From contig MU057947.1 in NCBI GenBank assembly GCA_013265495.1, positions 1,449,070 to 1,513,069 of the forward strand: 64,000 nt of DNA, in the 5' to 3' direction. Positions 13,200 to 26,665 of the stretch are shown in pieces (position 1 is the stretch's first letter; each line of letters opens with the position of its first letter). A model generated the notes under the pieces. That model had not been told where the DNA came from and ran no database searches. It was given only the letters and a program-made list of their open reading frames with translations. Origin of the DNA: Vicugna vicugna. Taxonomy: Eukaryota. The translations under genes were made by a program, and so were the position numbers.

Positions 13200-13760
13200 T
13201 GATCGGTCTCCCGTCTCCAGCCTCTCCCGGCTCCAATCCATTTTCCGTGCTTCACTCAGTATGTCTTAAAGAAGTATCGGTCTACTCCCCAATTTGCAAG
13301 CTGGCAATTTCTCTCTGTCGTGGGATAAAGATCCGTCTTCTCCAGGAGACGCGGAGGCCCTTTGGCACTGACTCCAGCTTGCTTTTCCGGCCTCACCTCC
13401 TGCTGCCAAGACACACCTGGCTCCCTTTCTGTAGGCACAAGAGTCTCCTGACTCTTCCACGGGGCTGTATCCCTCTGTCCTTCAACACACACACACACAC
13501 ACACGTCCATGGCTCCCCAGTCTGGAATCTTCCACACCTTCCTCGGGCCTGGGAACTGTTGACTCAGCCGAGGGGGCACCTCTTCCAGGAAGCCTTCCCA
13601 GAAACCCCCCAAGGACTTGGTTGGCTTGCCCTCGACTGCACATCTTTCCCACCAGGCTCTGGGCTCCCCTGGGACGGCCTCTCTTTCCTTGTCTTCCTCC
13701 CATTTCCGTGGCACATGGTACTCAGCATTTGGTAACGATTCCCTAAATGAAATATGAACA
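13200..13760 (+). mobile_element. L2 LINE 3' fragment (contains (CA)n at ~13485-13504)
   Basis: ctccaatccatttt..., cacctcttccaggaagccttccc and gtggcacatggtactcagcattt...aaatgaa are typical L2 3' motifs. Confidence 0.55.
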
Positions 13761-13927
13761 GTCTCCATTCGGAGAAAACAGGATTCAATACCAGGAACAC
13801 CTGTTTCTCAACTGACTCTTCACCTTCTTCCCATCTAGAAAGACCCAGGAAGCCAATGTTAGTGAGGGAGTCACTCAAACACCCGTCACTGGGGAGATGA
13901 GACTTACAAGTTCGGGCTGAAAGAAAA

Positions 13928-14157
13928 TTAAGTTGGAGTTTGGGATTAACAGATACAAACTACTATGCACAGAACAGATAAACAGATTTCTACTGAATAG
14001 CACAGGGAACTATATTAAATGGCTTGTAATAACCTGCAATGAAAAAATTATATATATGTGTGTATATATATATATGAATCATTATGCTGTACACCAGAAA
14101 CTAACACAACATTGTAAGTCAACTATACTGCAATTTTTAAAAATGGGAAAAAATAAA
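13928..14157 (+). mobile_element. L1 3' tail fragment
   Basis: ggagtttgggattaacagatacaaactact...tagcacagggaactatatt...gctgtacaccagaaactaacacaacattgtaagtcaactatact followed by an A-rich tail. Confidence 0.92.
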
Positions 14158-16469
14158 TGCTGGTCATATTGTCACAAAAAATTAAATTGGAAGTAAGTAG
14201 CCATACAGGACTTAGCCACTGCTCAAGAATATAAACCGTGAGGTGACTACAAACATATTGGTATTTCCTAAAATAAAAAGCTCTCCCCACGTAAGAGGCG
14301 CGGCCTGCATCAGCGGTTAAGCGGGGCCAGCACAGCGCGACTGCAGGACTTGGCGTTAGTGCTGGCGTTATGGGGGGGGACACGCAGCTGAGGTAACTAC
14401 TTCATGCCATCGTGACATTTCTGAGAATCACGTCTTATCTGAGAAGCAAACTGTGATACAGAAAGGGACGTAGGCCATCCTTGCATTTCCCGAGTTACTT
14501 ACGTGGTCAGGCACTCAGCAGAGAGCAGGCTGTGTTCAGCGTGGGCTGTGCGTGAGGTGTTGGTTTAGAGCCGCAGGCGAGGAGAAAGACAAAGACAAAA
14601 CACACGCATCTCTGTATTTAAGGAGATTGTGTGGAATTTGCAGTAGGTTTTCAGTGCAGGGAAACACACATTTCCGAGTATTTGGATACTGCGTTCATCT
14701 GTGCAAGGATGGTTTCTGCTTACCACCTGGTACTATTCCAGAAGCCACTGTCCATTTCAGTCCCTGTTTTTATTGGCCCTGGAAAGTAAAATTGGTGGAC
14801 ATGCCACAAAAAATGAATGCTGGAGAGGCAGTCAGGACGTTTCCACCCCCAGGGACTTTTGGCAGATCATGGTGCTCCTGGGAACTAAGTGGATAAGCCA
14901 CTCCCTGAAGCGCTGCCTGGTCTGTGTCCACGTCCCAGGAAGGACACCGGGCTGGCGGCCAGGAGCTAAACTGAGTTCACGTGCAGAAATGCACACCTCC
15001 TGGCCCAGTTTCTGGAGCCAAACCAGCTCACAGGCGGGACAGCCTCGTGTAAAGGAAAGGCCGGGTGCACCTGGGAGGGGTCCTGAAGCTCGGCTGCAGC
15101 GCTGCGGGAAGCCGTCCGCGAAGCCTTTCCTGGGTGTGCACCAGGGAGACTGGTTCTTGGGGGAAGATGATGCCCAGTTATTTCAGGAGCTTGTGGGCGA
15201 TGTATAAGAATTTGTACCTTTCGTAGAGTCTCCCCCAACCAAAATAAAAAGGAGAGAGAAAAAAAAAAAAAACAACCCCGTGACCTCACACCCATAGCGT
15301 GGCTGATGGCAGGTGGTAAGGGGGGTTTTGACCCAATTTTGAATCACTGTGGATTTGTACACCCACCCTGAGGCCACGTTCTCAAGTTCTAGAAGCTGTA
15401 ACTGGGACAGACATGTGACAATTCCAGAGTCCCCCACCAGCCCCCGCCCCACAAAGTGGGGGCTGTTGTGACTCACAGATTGAACAGTGGTTTTCACCAG
15501 GATGCAAGGCAGGTGGATCTTGGAGAATAACCCTGGAATTGGTGCCTCTAATCACGCTGCGGTTCCCGTGTGTTCTCTCGACTGGAGTAGGTCAGCACAG
15601 CCCCCGCAGCGTGGTTTTAGCTGCTGATGGCGTGTTATTTTTCCTCTGTACCAGTCTGCAGTTCTATTCCACTGGAAGGTTTGCGTTCGCCTGACAGGGA
15701 CAACCTTTAGACACACCTCTAGAGTCCCGTCTCCGCTACGTTAGCCATCTCTCCTGTTCTCAGCCGGAAAATCGCCCCTGGCCACCTGGGTACCTGAGGT
15801 TCCCGGGACGACCACGTGGGTCTCCCGCGCTGATACCGTCCTGCTAATGGGACCCGGTGAGCAGGACGAGGTACCTACCGTTGGTGCCTCTGAAAGAGAA
15901 CGACAGCCCGAGGGTGAGGGGAGGTCCCAGGGGACGTGGAGGTCATCACATCGTGACGTTTCTGGGGGGCCGGCGCCTGAGGGACGGCGCCGAGGTGAGA
16001 GACAAGTCGCCGGCCTTCCGCTCAGGAGAAAGCACGGTGCTTGGGAGGCTGCTCTGAACTTCAGAGGTGACACTGCCACACGGCGACGGGAGGGTGCCGT
16101 GCTCACTGCACACACGCACACACACACACACACACGTCCGCTTCCTGAACGCCTGTGGGGTCGCCTCGGGGGGAGGCGCTGCATGGGAAGGACCCCCGGC
16201 TACAGTGAGGTGGATGTACTGGAAACAGGAATGTGTGGGGCGCCCGTAACTACAGGGGTGCTCGTGAGAGCCTGTGCCCCACACACACCGCGGGTCAGAG
16301 CCTGGCCTCTCAGGCCGCGATCACCCAGCTCGGCTCACGTCAGAATCAGCCGGAGGCTCGTTCAGACACGGGTTGCTGGGTCCCGCCCCCGGGTTTCTCA
16401 TGCAGAGGATGGCCCTGGACCCGCTTGGGCCGTCAATCGGCCGACCAACTTGCTCTGAGCTGTGGTTGG

Positions 16470-16670
16470 AGTGATGCCAGGAAGGAGCGAGGTGGCTTCT
16501 GCAACATAGAGAAAGCAAGGAAGCAGGCTCTTTCTGGAATCTGGCACAGGAACACAGCCTTGCCTACGGCTTGACTTTAGACTCCTGACCTCCAGAACAA
16601 GAGAAAATGTGTGCTTTTTTAAGCCACAAAGTTGGTGGCAATTTGTCCGAGCAGCCCCAGGAAACACACC
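16470..16670 (+). mobile_element. MLT1C/D-like MaLR LTR 3' fragment
   Basis: aaagcaaggaagcagg...ggaacacagccttgcc...ttgactttagactcctgacctccagaac...ttttaagccacaaagttggtggcaatttgt...gcagccccaggaaac. Confidence 0.8.
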
Positions 16671-17113
16671 GGTGGAGACTGACTGTCTCCCAGGTGCCTC
16701 CTGGGACTCCAGGTCCCCTCCTGTGGGGACCAGAATACAAGCGTGGTCTTTGGTGTAAAGCTGGGCGACAGCTAGCCGGGAGAAGCCGCCCGCCGTCTGG
16801 GCTGCTGTGCGGGGGCGCGATGGGCGTGGACGGGTCAGCGGGGGCCCAGGGCTGGGCTGTGCTGGTTGCTGAGTCCTGAGCTCTCAGCTTCAGACGCACT
16901 TCTGAGCTGAGCTCGGCTGATCGGGGGCTAGGCCTCTGCAGGTCACGTTTCTACTTCACCCGCTGCTCCCGGGAGTCCTGCAAAGGGGTCCCCAAATGAG
17001 CTGCGAGGTGGAAGGAGAGAGACGGGCTCCCTTCCATTGTTTTCCTGCTGCTGCGGGCTTGTCAGGCCACGGCCTTCCTTGCCGGTAGCCACAGCTGGCT
17101 CTACTTTGCTTTT

Positions 17114-17233
17114 GTTTATTTATTTATTTGTTATTTAATTTTTTTTCTTTTTTTTATTGGAGGTACGGGGGATTGGACCTGGGACCTTGTGCATGCTAAG
17201 CACGCACTCTGTCACTGAGCCACACCCTCCCCC
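17114..17233 (-). mobile_element. Vic-1-type camelid tRNA-Ala-derived SINE
   Basis: Reverse complement reads gggggagggtgtggctcagtgacagagtgcgtgcttagcatgcacaaggtcccaggtccaatcccccgtacctcc + A-rich tail (A box, AGC anticodon loop, B box). TSD actttgctttt (17103-17113) / agtttgctttt (17234-17244). Confidence 0.9.
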
Positions 17234-18282
17234 AGTTTGCTTTTATCTCTTGCTCACAGAGACCCACCCCCGGCTGGCTAGCACATCCTCCTTAGCTGCC
17301 TGAGTCTCAGAAACTCGGGGTCCCTTCCCTGAGCTCCTGGGGTGTCAGCACCTGCTGAGCGGTGCCCCTCCTCTGAGGGCCAGCTCTGTGGACATCGTCC
17401 CCCCGCCCCGTTTCTAAATTTGCATAATCCCAGCGACTTCTGTTTATTCCCCCCACCCCACCCCAACTCAGCTGCCTCTCTAACTTGCTGCCTCTGTAAA
17501 TCCTCTGCTTTCGTTTTGCTTTTTCGCTTTTCTAATATTTAGTGTAAAAGTATTAATTAATTTGTCTCTACTAAATAAAAGTGGTCCCTGTTTTATGACT
17601 GGGTCCTGACCGAGGCGCTCTGCTCTCTGCTGAGTCCCTGTAATGATTCTGAGGGACACTGGCAGAGAGGACACTGGGAGGCTGGGTGGGAACACGGTCT
17701 TCTGTCCCGCAGGCCACGGCATCTGACAGCCGTCGACAGCTGACACTAACACCCGTTCTCCAAACATCAGTGGTCGCTCACTGCACGCGAGGGTGCGCGT
17801 CCCCACTCACCGGGTGCTGCTGGGGGGGCACCGACCAGCTGCCCACACGGTGGTTCCGGTCACCCTGACGGTCGTCTGGGACACGCACACACACCGCGGG
17901 TGCTCTGTTAGAGGCGTGAGGAGCCACCCTCTCGAGTTGGGAGAAGAAGTGGAAACCGGTTTTTGTTCAGTCATCACCACAGAGCAGATTTGGAAGGGGA
18001 CAACCACTTAGTTTTGTTTCTGAGCTCGGCTGCATATTTAAAACGTGCTGGTGTCTAACAAAGACTTCACAGCATCCTTTCCCCCCACGGTGGTTGGGTT
18101 TTCATGTTCAGTAACCCCGGGGACAGCCAGACATTGGAAACAAGGGAGAATAAGGCTTCAACTCTCACCATCCAATGAAGTGAAACAGTTTCTGTTTGGT
18201 CTCAGGCTGCTGAGACATCAGCGATATCCTGCCTACTGGATGCACAGATGGCTGATCGCGCTCTGGGAAGACTTGAGTGTAG

Positions 18283-18742
18283 TTTTTTAAATTAATGTAT
18301 TTTTTTTAATTTAATGAAGTACAGTCAGTTACAATGCGTCTATTTCTGGTGTACAGGATAATGTCCCAGTCACATATATATACATACGTATATTCATTCC
18401 CATATTCTTTTCCACTATAGGTTACTGTAAGATATAAATACAATTCCTTATGCTATACAAGAAACTTTTTTTATCTATTTTATATATCGTAGTTAATATT
18501 AGCAATTCGAACTCCCAGTGTATCCCTTCCCACCCCGCTTCCCCCAGATCCACAGGTTTGTTTACTACGTGAGTATGCTCTGTCTTGTAGATGAGTTCAT
18601 TCATTTCTTCTTCTTCTTCCTCTCCTCCTCCTCCTCCCCCCTCTTCCTCTTCCCCTCCCCCTCCTCCTCCGCCCCCTCCTCCTCCACCTCCTCCTTCCTT
18701 TCTCCTTCTCCTTATTTTTTTAAGATTCCACATACGAGTGTG
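18283..18742 (-). mobile_element. L1 3' tail fragment with expanded internal polypyrimidine tract
   Basis: tgaagtacagtcagttacaatg...tttctggtgtacag...ttgtagatgagttcatt [C/T tract 18604-18720] agattccacatacgagtg. Confidence 0.9.
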
Positions 18743-21700
18743 TCTTTGAGAGTATATCCCTCAGAACAAGAGCACACAAGGTCTGGTGACCCAGGCTGTT
18801 CGCAGCGCGCAGGGCCCTCACAGGTGCTCAAGAAGTCTGCAGACTGCAGGGAGAGGAAGGTCGCGTGAGTTTGCAAGGGGTGAACTTGAGAAATCCCACG
18901 TCACATCAAAAACACAAAAAAACCCAAAAAACGACCCACTATGCCTTTGGCCTCCCTCAGTTGGAAGCTATGGCGAAGAATTCGTCCAGTATGTGTTTAC
19001 TCTCAACTCACGGCTACGTTCTTTGTACCGATTGAAGCAGAGGCTAAAAGGTAACACTCTGCAGATGCATTTCTTTAGAAATCGTTGTTTCTGCTTCTGT
19101 GGCCATGATGTGCGGCCCGGCATACATTAGAAGTGTGTTTCATTCTCTTTCTCATTGGATGTCGCACCGCAATAATCCTTGCTGTGCCCTGGGTGCAAAC
19201 AGCCCGATTTATCTGGAGTAGGAGCCTGGGGACGGGCTTCATCACTGGGTCCATCAATGGCAGTTCCGTATCCTCTGAAAATAGGGCAGCAAGGTTTAAT
19301 GTGCCACCAGTTTCCCTGGATAAACACACATCTACTGCAGATAAGCTTCTCTTTCCAGACGGGTCATATTTTGCCTTGATCTAAACAGTCTCTGTTTATG
19401 AATCTCCTTTATTCATTACAGTAAGCCTACAGTGGGACTCCCTTGCAGGGACAGGGGTGCCGAAGCAAAGCCTTAAGTGGAAGGAAGACAGAGATGTCCC
19501 CTGGGACACAAGCCACGTGTTGCCGGGACCCTCTGAAGGAAAGGGAACATTGTACAGAATCAGCAACACCATCAAAAGCATATGAATTAGGAAGTCCAGG
19601 AATGTCTACTTCTAAGTTAGGAAAAAGCCCGAAGTGGTCCTGGACTGAATTCCAATACGCACTTTGGATGTACCAAGTCCAAGAGCCAACATGCCTGCGG
19701 GGTGGACATTAAACTTGCCGTCTGAGTTCAGGGATGCCAAGCAGCTTTCGTTTTTGCATGTCCAGAGACAGCACGCTCCCCTCAGCCCCCTTGCAGCACT
19801 CGCACGTGTGTCCTAGGCTGGGGGTAGGAGCAGAGGGGTTGGCAGCTGACAATACTTACTTACTCATTCATTTTTACAGGTTTTTTTAATGAGCACACTG
19901 TCTTGGTATGCTGTCTTTATGTTTTCCTTGACTGTATTTGAAGCTGTTGTCTTGGGTACGGAAAACACTGAGGCTGATGAATTGCATTTCACATCTAAGA
20001 CAATCTGAGTTTCTGGCACAGTGGACATTTATATAATGTTCTTTGCCACGGGCAAAACTTTTTTTCTGATGGATTTGAAGATTCTTTTCTTCTCCCTGTG
20101 AAGAAGGAAATCTTGATACATCTCAATTTATCCCCAACTGAAATGTTTGATTTCATGATTATTCAAGAAACCTAATGTCCTATGACTTCAGTAGATCGAG
20201 TGTTTTGCTGCTGTCTTCCCACTTTGTCTTGTCCCTTTGGGTCCCAGTGAGCGAATTTGCCATTTTGACGGGAGCCCTGGCTCTCTGATTGAGCAGGGCT
20301 GGGCGGATGACACCCAGCACAGAAGGGGCCCCTGGTTTTGCATCCGGTCTAATTCTGCCCTCTTTCGGCTTGGGTCTTTGCTCAAACCATGCCGCCTGCT
20401 CCCGGATTCCTTAGAGAACACATTCTTAACTGTCACTGACAAGGAGAGAAATGAAATGTTGGGTTTTAGCCCTTCCCTCCCGAACAACCACAACAATACA
20501 GGCCACGAGTCCGCACGCTCCCAGCCAGCGCAGGGGCTCTAGGGCGCGGGGTCGGATGCTCTGGCCTGCAGCGCAGCGTCCTTGCCGGCGGGGGGACACG
20601 CAGGCACGATGCTCTGGTTCCATCGTGAGAGCAGTGACTCCCCGCAGACCCTCCTGCGGGTCTGTGCTCAGCGAGCGGCACCTGTAGGCGGCTTTCCTGG
20701 GACTCAGAGGCTGTGTCAGCGGAGAGAGACCTCGCAGCTGAAAACCCCTTACCGCCGGCTGGGAGGGAACCTCAGCAGACGCAGAGGGACGACTTGCAGG
20801 GCTGCTCTCCTGCTCAGAGGAGGGGAAGGGGCGTGTTCCGTGGGGGGCCGCCAGCCCGTGGCCGCGAGACAGCTCCGGCTCCCGGGGGCCCGCGGGCATC
20901 CCTGGAGGTCCCACCTTACGTCTTCGTTCCGGGGGTGCTGAGGCCAGTCACCTTCTTCCCATTAGGGCTTCTTTCTTTCCTTGATCTCAGCCGTGAGATG
21001 GGAACTTTGGCGGGAAAGAGAGCAAAGAAACGCTGGGCGGCATCCTTAGGATCAAGGCACCAGCTGTGGGAAAGTGTCCAGTGTTTCAGGCCCGGATGGT
21101 GAAGCGCTGTGTTTTTAGTGACCAGCCAGGGCTAGCCAGGCCCGCCTTCCAGCGCTCTCAGCTGGACCCATCAAGGACCACAGCCGGAGTCCGGGGCAGG
21201 GCAGGGCCGGGCAGCAGCCCCTGAAAGGGCGCAGTGCGTCAACCCCCCACCGTGCCCCCGCCACCCAGGCTGCTTTGCCCACCGCGTGCTCTGCGCGCAC
21301 AGCCATCCCACTTCCCATCTGTGTCAGGGACGGCGCATCCACCTCTGCTGGGTTTTACAGTTTTCCTGGTTTGTTTAAAAAATTACACTTAATCACTATT
21401 CAGCGTCTCACTGATGCACTTCGTGGCGCAGATAAATACGCGCATCTTCTTCCTCCCGGATGACTCCTTTCCACATGTCTCTCTGCTGTCGACGTGAGTA
21501 CGTATTTATCCCCTCGAGCCTGTATTTCTTCCTCGGAGTGTAAAAAAAGTGATTTAATTTTATTGTAAAATCTAGTGGGAGGGATAAATAAGCCTCAGAT
21601 TTCACTCATCCAACTTGGAGATGATCATTTTTGACAGATATCTCTGCTCACAAATTGGTATTTTTCTGTGTTTTCCTATAATCAAATAGTAAGCAATGTT

Positions 21701-24135
21701 GCTCCCCCAAACAGGTCATAAGCAGCAGTATTTTGGCACAATGAATGAAGCCTTTCAGAGAATGCAGAGTCACAGCTGGAGAGCCGGGCGGTGCCCGTGC
21801 ACCTGCAGATGTGCACCAGGATGCTAGCTCGTGGTCGAGGGCTTCCTGGGGTCACTGTGGCTGTAACGGGCCCAGGTCCGTGCGCTGTGCCATTGTAGAC
21901 GCTCCTCTGTCTACTGTCTGATGAAGCCATTTCCCTTGTCAGCTCAGAGAAACAGTATCACCACGATGTAATTTTGTCCATGCGAACTAGGTCCTGAGAA
22001 GCACGGACTGGGAATTTAAAGCAGGCAGACGCCCTGGCCTCAGTGGACTCGCAAAGTTGCAGGACGTGAGGGCTGGGAGGGACCTCGGCTCTAATCTGAA
22101 GAGACTAGGCGTTAGAGTGGGAACTGGGGACCAGAGCGAGAGAGGTGGCCTGGCCAGGATGCCACTTCAGGAGATGCGCGGGACCAGGGCCAATTTCTCC
22201 CATGGCCTTTCCCTTCCTGTTGTGGCCCCACGCGTCCCCCAGCCTGGATCGCCCATCCTCCAGGAGAGTGGCTGTCGGGATGAGGGCTGCTACAACTTTC
22301 CAGATTTTCAAGTCAGCGGGGGCCAGCAAGGGTGGGGCAGATGCTGGGGCGTGACCCACAGCCGCGACGTGGGTGCAGTGTCTGCGCACAGCGAGGCTGG
22401 GGCCCCGCTGGCCACCTAACCGTGTGCGGAGACTGGGGTCACCGTGCCCGCCTTTGCCTCCCGGCGGCGGGGTTTCTGGGAGACAATGAACACGGGCAGC
22501 GCGGTGGGACGTGGGGGCACAGCTCTGCCATCTGACCGCAGAGGCCCGGCGGGGCACCTCAGAGCTCAGCCACGGGGGCAGACATTTCCCCTCTCACGGC
22601 TTCAGTTCTCTCTTGTGAGGTGCTCAGTGCCGGGCCTGGGGAATTAGCTCTCAAACTGTGACAACTGGCCTGATTCTGCTTAGACTGGGGTTTTTTTCTG
22701 GTGTACTTAGGCTGTCCGGCTGTTTTGGTTTTAAGAAGCTGTAATTTAGAAGCAGGGGGACCACAGCGCAGAGGTGGGGGCCGCCAGCAGTTCCCCCAGG
22801 CTGGGTGGAGGACACCCAGTTCTACTGACTGGATAACTGGGGACGGACGGACGGACGGGTGTGCACAGCTAACACACCGTCCCTGTCACTGCTCCCGCGG
22901 CCTCGAGTCCCCCCAGTTCCCACAGGTTTGAACCGCAGGCCGAGCCCCAGCGGCTGGTGGGGCCTGTCACTCTGATTCGCCCACACTGATTCCGTTAGTT
23001 GCTTCCTGCTTCTGTTAGTCAGCACCCGCTGACTCCTGTGTGTGAAGGAAACCTGATCAGCACCAGCAGCAGCCCGGGGCCGCTCAGGGCTGAGGCCCGC
23101 GGTAAAGAGGGGCTGACTCGGGTTGAAGCAATGAGCTGCCGACAGGGAGCCCCGTGTACAGAGGCTGCAGGAAGCGGCCATCTCCCGGCGGCCGGGGGGA
23201 CAGAGCGGGGAAGCTGGGACGACGAAAACGTGGGAGCCTGGAGGTGAGGCCTGCAGAGCTGAGACTCGGAGCTCTGGGCTGGGGTCTCCGAGCTTGGGGG
23301 GGGACCCAGCTGGCCCACGTGGGCGTCTGGAGGAGCGTGGCGGGGCTGGCTCTGCGGTGCTGGGAACCTGGCAGGTGGATGCAGGCCTCCTGAGAGGCAC
23401 TGCCAGGTGACAGGCCTGCCTGAGCTGTCCCTCTGAGCCAGAAGCCAGCGGGGGGTCCTTCCTGGGCCTCGTGGGGGCAGCCGGCTGTGGGAGCGGGGCC
23501 TGCAGGGGCCACACCGCAGCAGAGGACAGAGAGTGGGGCTGGGGCTGTGAACTCACCTCCCTGAACCACTGGGTTCCCAACAACAAGGGAGCAGGTAACC
23601 GCGCACGCGTCGCACCCGCCTCCCTCCGCCCGCCGCCAGCACCCCAGCCACTCTGTCCTCCTCCCGCATCTCCTTCGCACCGGTTTCTTGCGTCTCTACC
23701 CAAAGTGCATTTTTAAAATTTGAGTTTTCCATCTTCATAAAAATCAGGTCGAAATGTTGAAACTTCCGGGAATCCCTGTTACCTTCAGTTTGTAGGGAGA
23801 ATGGGAGGAGCTGGGTTTTAAAATTGCTTCTGGTACACAAATGGCCCTGTTGGACCTCTGGAGCCAGGGAGCCAGAGCTTAAGGCACATAATCCTCTCTG
23901 GTTTCAGCAGCCCCATCCATCAGCCCTGAAGTCGCAGGGCAAGAAGCTCCAGCGAGCCTGGAAGGCACGGTGCCTCCTCTTGGGTGGTCTGGGAGAGCCC
24001 GGGTGCAGCACCGCTTCGTCCATCAACCAGAAATGAAGGGCACGGCCCCGGCTTTCCTCCCAGCATCGGGCGGGGTTTCTTAATAGACTGTGAGCCTCTC
24101 GGGAAGTCTCTGCCTCCACAAGTGTGTGTGTTTAA

Positions 24136-24372
24136 GTGAATGGATGGGTGGATGGAGGGAGGGATGTGTGGATGAATAGATGAATAGATGGATGGATGCA
24201 TGATGGATGGAGAGATGGAGGGGGGATGGCTGCACAGATGGGGAGATGGATGGATGAATAGATAAATGGATGGACGGACGTGTGGGTGGATGAATGGATG
24301 GATGAAGGGAAGGGCGGAGGGATGGACGAATGGTTGGATGGATGGAAGTGTGGGAGGGTGGATGGATGCATA
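24136..24372. repeat. Degenerate (TGGA)n microsatellite
   Basis: Run of tgga/tgaa/tggg units (tggatggatgaatagat...). Confidence 0.95.
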
Positions 24373-26665
24373 TATGGACGGGTGGTCCTGGTGAGGTTGA
24401 GGATGAGCACATGGCTGACATGGAGGGACTGCCCTGTCCAGCTGGCCCTCCTCCTAAAGCCAGTGCCCTACGGGCAGCTCTGTACTCCTCCGCCCAGTGA
24501 GGGAACAGGGGAGGGAGGGGACTTGGGCAGTGGAATCACATGCCTCGTGCTTGGATGGATTCTGAGATTTTATAATAAAAATATAAGCCAGCCTTTAACT
24601 TAAACATCTATCTAAATAACAGACTGAAAATCAAGCTAAAGAAGACGTATCTAAACGATGCCGAAGCTGTTACGACTAAAGTGGTGACCGCGCGTCACAC
24701 GCTGAGGGGGGATCACGGCCCCGTGCTCGGCGGCTGGTGCAGCTTTTCATCTTTCAGTGTCATCTGCTTCTGGCATGGATGTCACCTCGTGTCTGCTGTC
24801 TCTGTGTCTGGTCCCTGCGGGAGGCCCAGAAGACGAGCACGCCTGGGCTGGGGGCACGCCTTGGGGTACCTCGACCTGTACGGCACCCCCAGTTGCCCTC
24901 AGTCTGGAATCTCTTTACGAAGCCTGCAAACCTCTATGGAAACAGAAGTGATCGGGGGCCCGCCGTCCGTAGCTGCTGTCTCGCGTCACTCCTCTTGCCC
25001 TTGGCAGGTGGGGGAACGCGAGAAACACCGCAACACACTGGATCAGAGCGCAGCGGGCACGAGGGGAAGCGGAGGAAGCAGGTGGGGCGGGAGCGGAGGG
25101 TGGAGACGGAGGCCCGGCAGGGCACAGGGAGGGAAGGCGCTTTCCCTGGCTGGGCCCCGGGTCCTGTTCTGACAGCCGGTCTCCTTGGCCAGGTGTGGGC
25201 GGCTCAGTCTCTAGAGCAGAAAATGTCCCGTAAAATGTGGGCCCCACTCGGGCTAATTCTGAGTGGAGGGTCCTGGCCACAGTCCCAGATCCCATGTGCC
25301 CGGCAAACACCTGGGGTTACACACCTGATGGGACATACGCCAGTGGGAGACTCACCTGCTAGGGTGCATGCCCAGTGGGGCGCACGCCCGGGGGGGCACG
25401 AATCGGGTCTGTGCTCACGTCCAGCGCGGGCTCGCTGCGCCGTCCTGGCCGGGCCCACGGCCCCACAGGCCCTCCCTCCTGCAGCGTCCTCAGCGGCTGT
25501 CCCCGGTCGTTGGGGTGTGAGCTCCGTGGGCCGAGCCCCCATCGATCCGGTTTTGGTTGTGCTGGTTCTAGAACTCTCCTCGGCGCCGAGCGGGCAGCTC
25601 GGTAACGCTGTTGGGTCAGCGGCTGCGGGCGCAGGTGACTAAGTGAGCACGTGTTCTGGCCCACACGCTACCCAGGGGGCCAAGGACGCACAGAGGTCCT
25701 GGTGGTGAGCTGAAGATGCGGCCAAGCTGGTTCTGGGCGTGGGTGCAGCTACCAGGCTCTCACAGCCTCGCGACCTCTTGGCCGCGCTGAGCCTCCCCAG
25801 CCCAGTCAGGGTAAAGCAGGAGGTGCGAGGCCCTCCGGCTCGCCGGCGCTGCCCCGCACTCCCTTTTCTCAGGCTCGCAGCATCGCTTTCTGGTTTGATA
25901 CCGAAATCGCATCCTCAGGCCTGGGCGTGGAAGCCGAGGTGCCTCCGGCAGGCCTGGCCACTCCAGGATGAGCAGCACTGTTGAGGCTGAGAAGGTTAGT
26001 TTTACCAGCCGGCCCGGTGCTGCTGCAGGTGGGCTGGGGGCTCTGGAGGGCCTGCTCTCTCCTGCTCTGTCTGCCCAGCCGGCTCGCCCTCCCCGGCCGG
26101 GGCACCTGTACGCACGGGCAGGGATGCCCGTGCCCCTGGCTTCCTGAAGGCTTGTACCTGTGTGAGATGCTTGGTGTGAATGGAGAGGTGTCTGCTCCCC
26201 AGCGGGCACTGTGGGCTGGGTGCGGTGACAGGGGTCGGGGGTGACAAGAGGCCAGCCGTCCAAGTGGTGGTGCCAGTTCTGCCACCAACAACGGGTGTGG
26301 GGGCCCAGCTGCTCCTGACCTCTCGCCCGTCTGCCTCAGCATCAGCTGGAAGGAGGCCCGGCTGCCGCCCGCCGTCCGGGGCTCACAGGTGTGCATTCGG
26401 CCGCTCGTCTCCAGGCGAAGGCCGGGGAGCCACGTGCCGCCGTGTACCCACCGCACAAGTACTAGGAATCACCGCAGACGTGCCGTGGGGCCCGGTGCTG
26501 GCTCCTGCAGAAAAGCTGGTGAAATCCAACTCAAATCAGGGCTTCCACAGAGAGTGGCGGGCCGGTCCAGGCTACCCGTCAGTGTCCACAGAGGCGCCAC
26601 CGTTGTGTGAGAAGCTACGGGAAGGACCCGCCGGAGCTATCGGTAGCCCCTCTGCGACGACTGCA

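Noticed and set aside
18422..18733. Gly/Glu-rich ORF, and His/Pro/Ser-rich ORFs at 23920-24421
   Set aside because: These are translations of simple repeats (polypyrimidine tract, (TGGA)n).
24737..25642. 301-aa ORF (also 22822-23703, 293 aa, and 45218-46093, 291 aa)
   Set aside because: GTG/TTG starts, Pro/Gly/Ala/Arg-rich composition, overlapping ORFs on both strands and no recognisable domain. These are expected by chance in GC-rich DNA.
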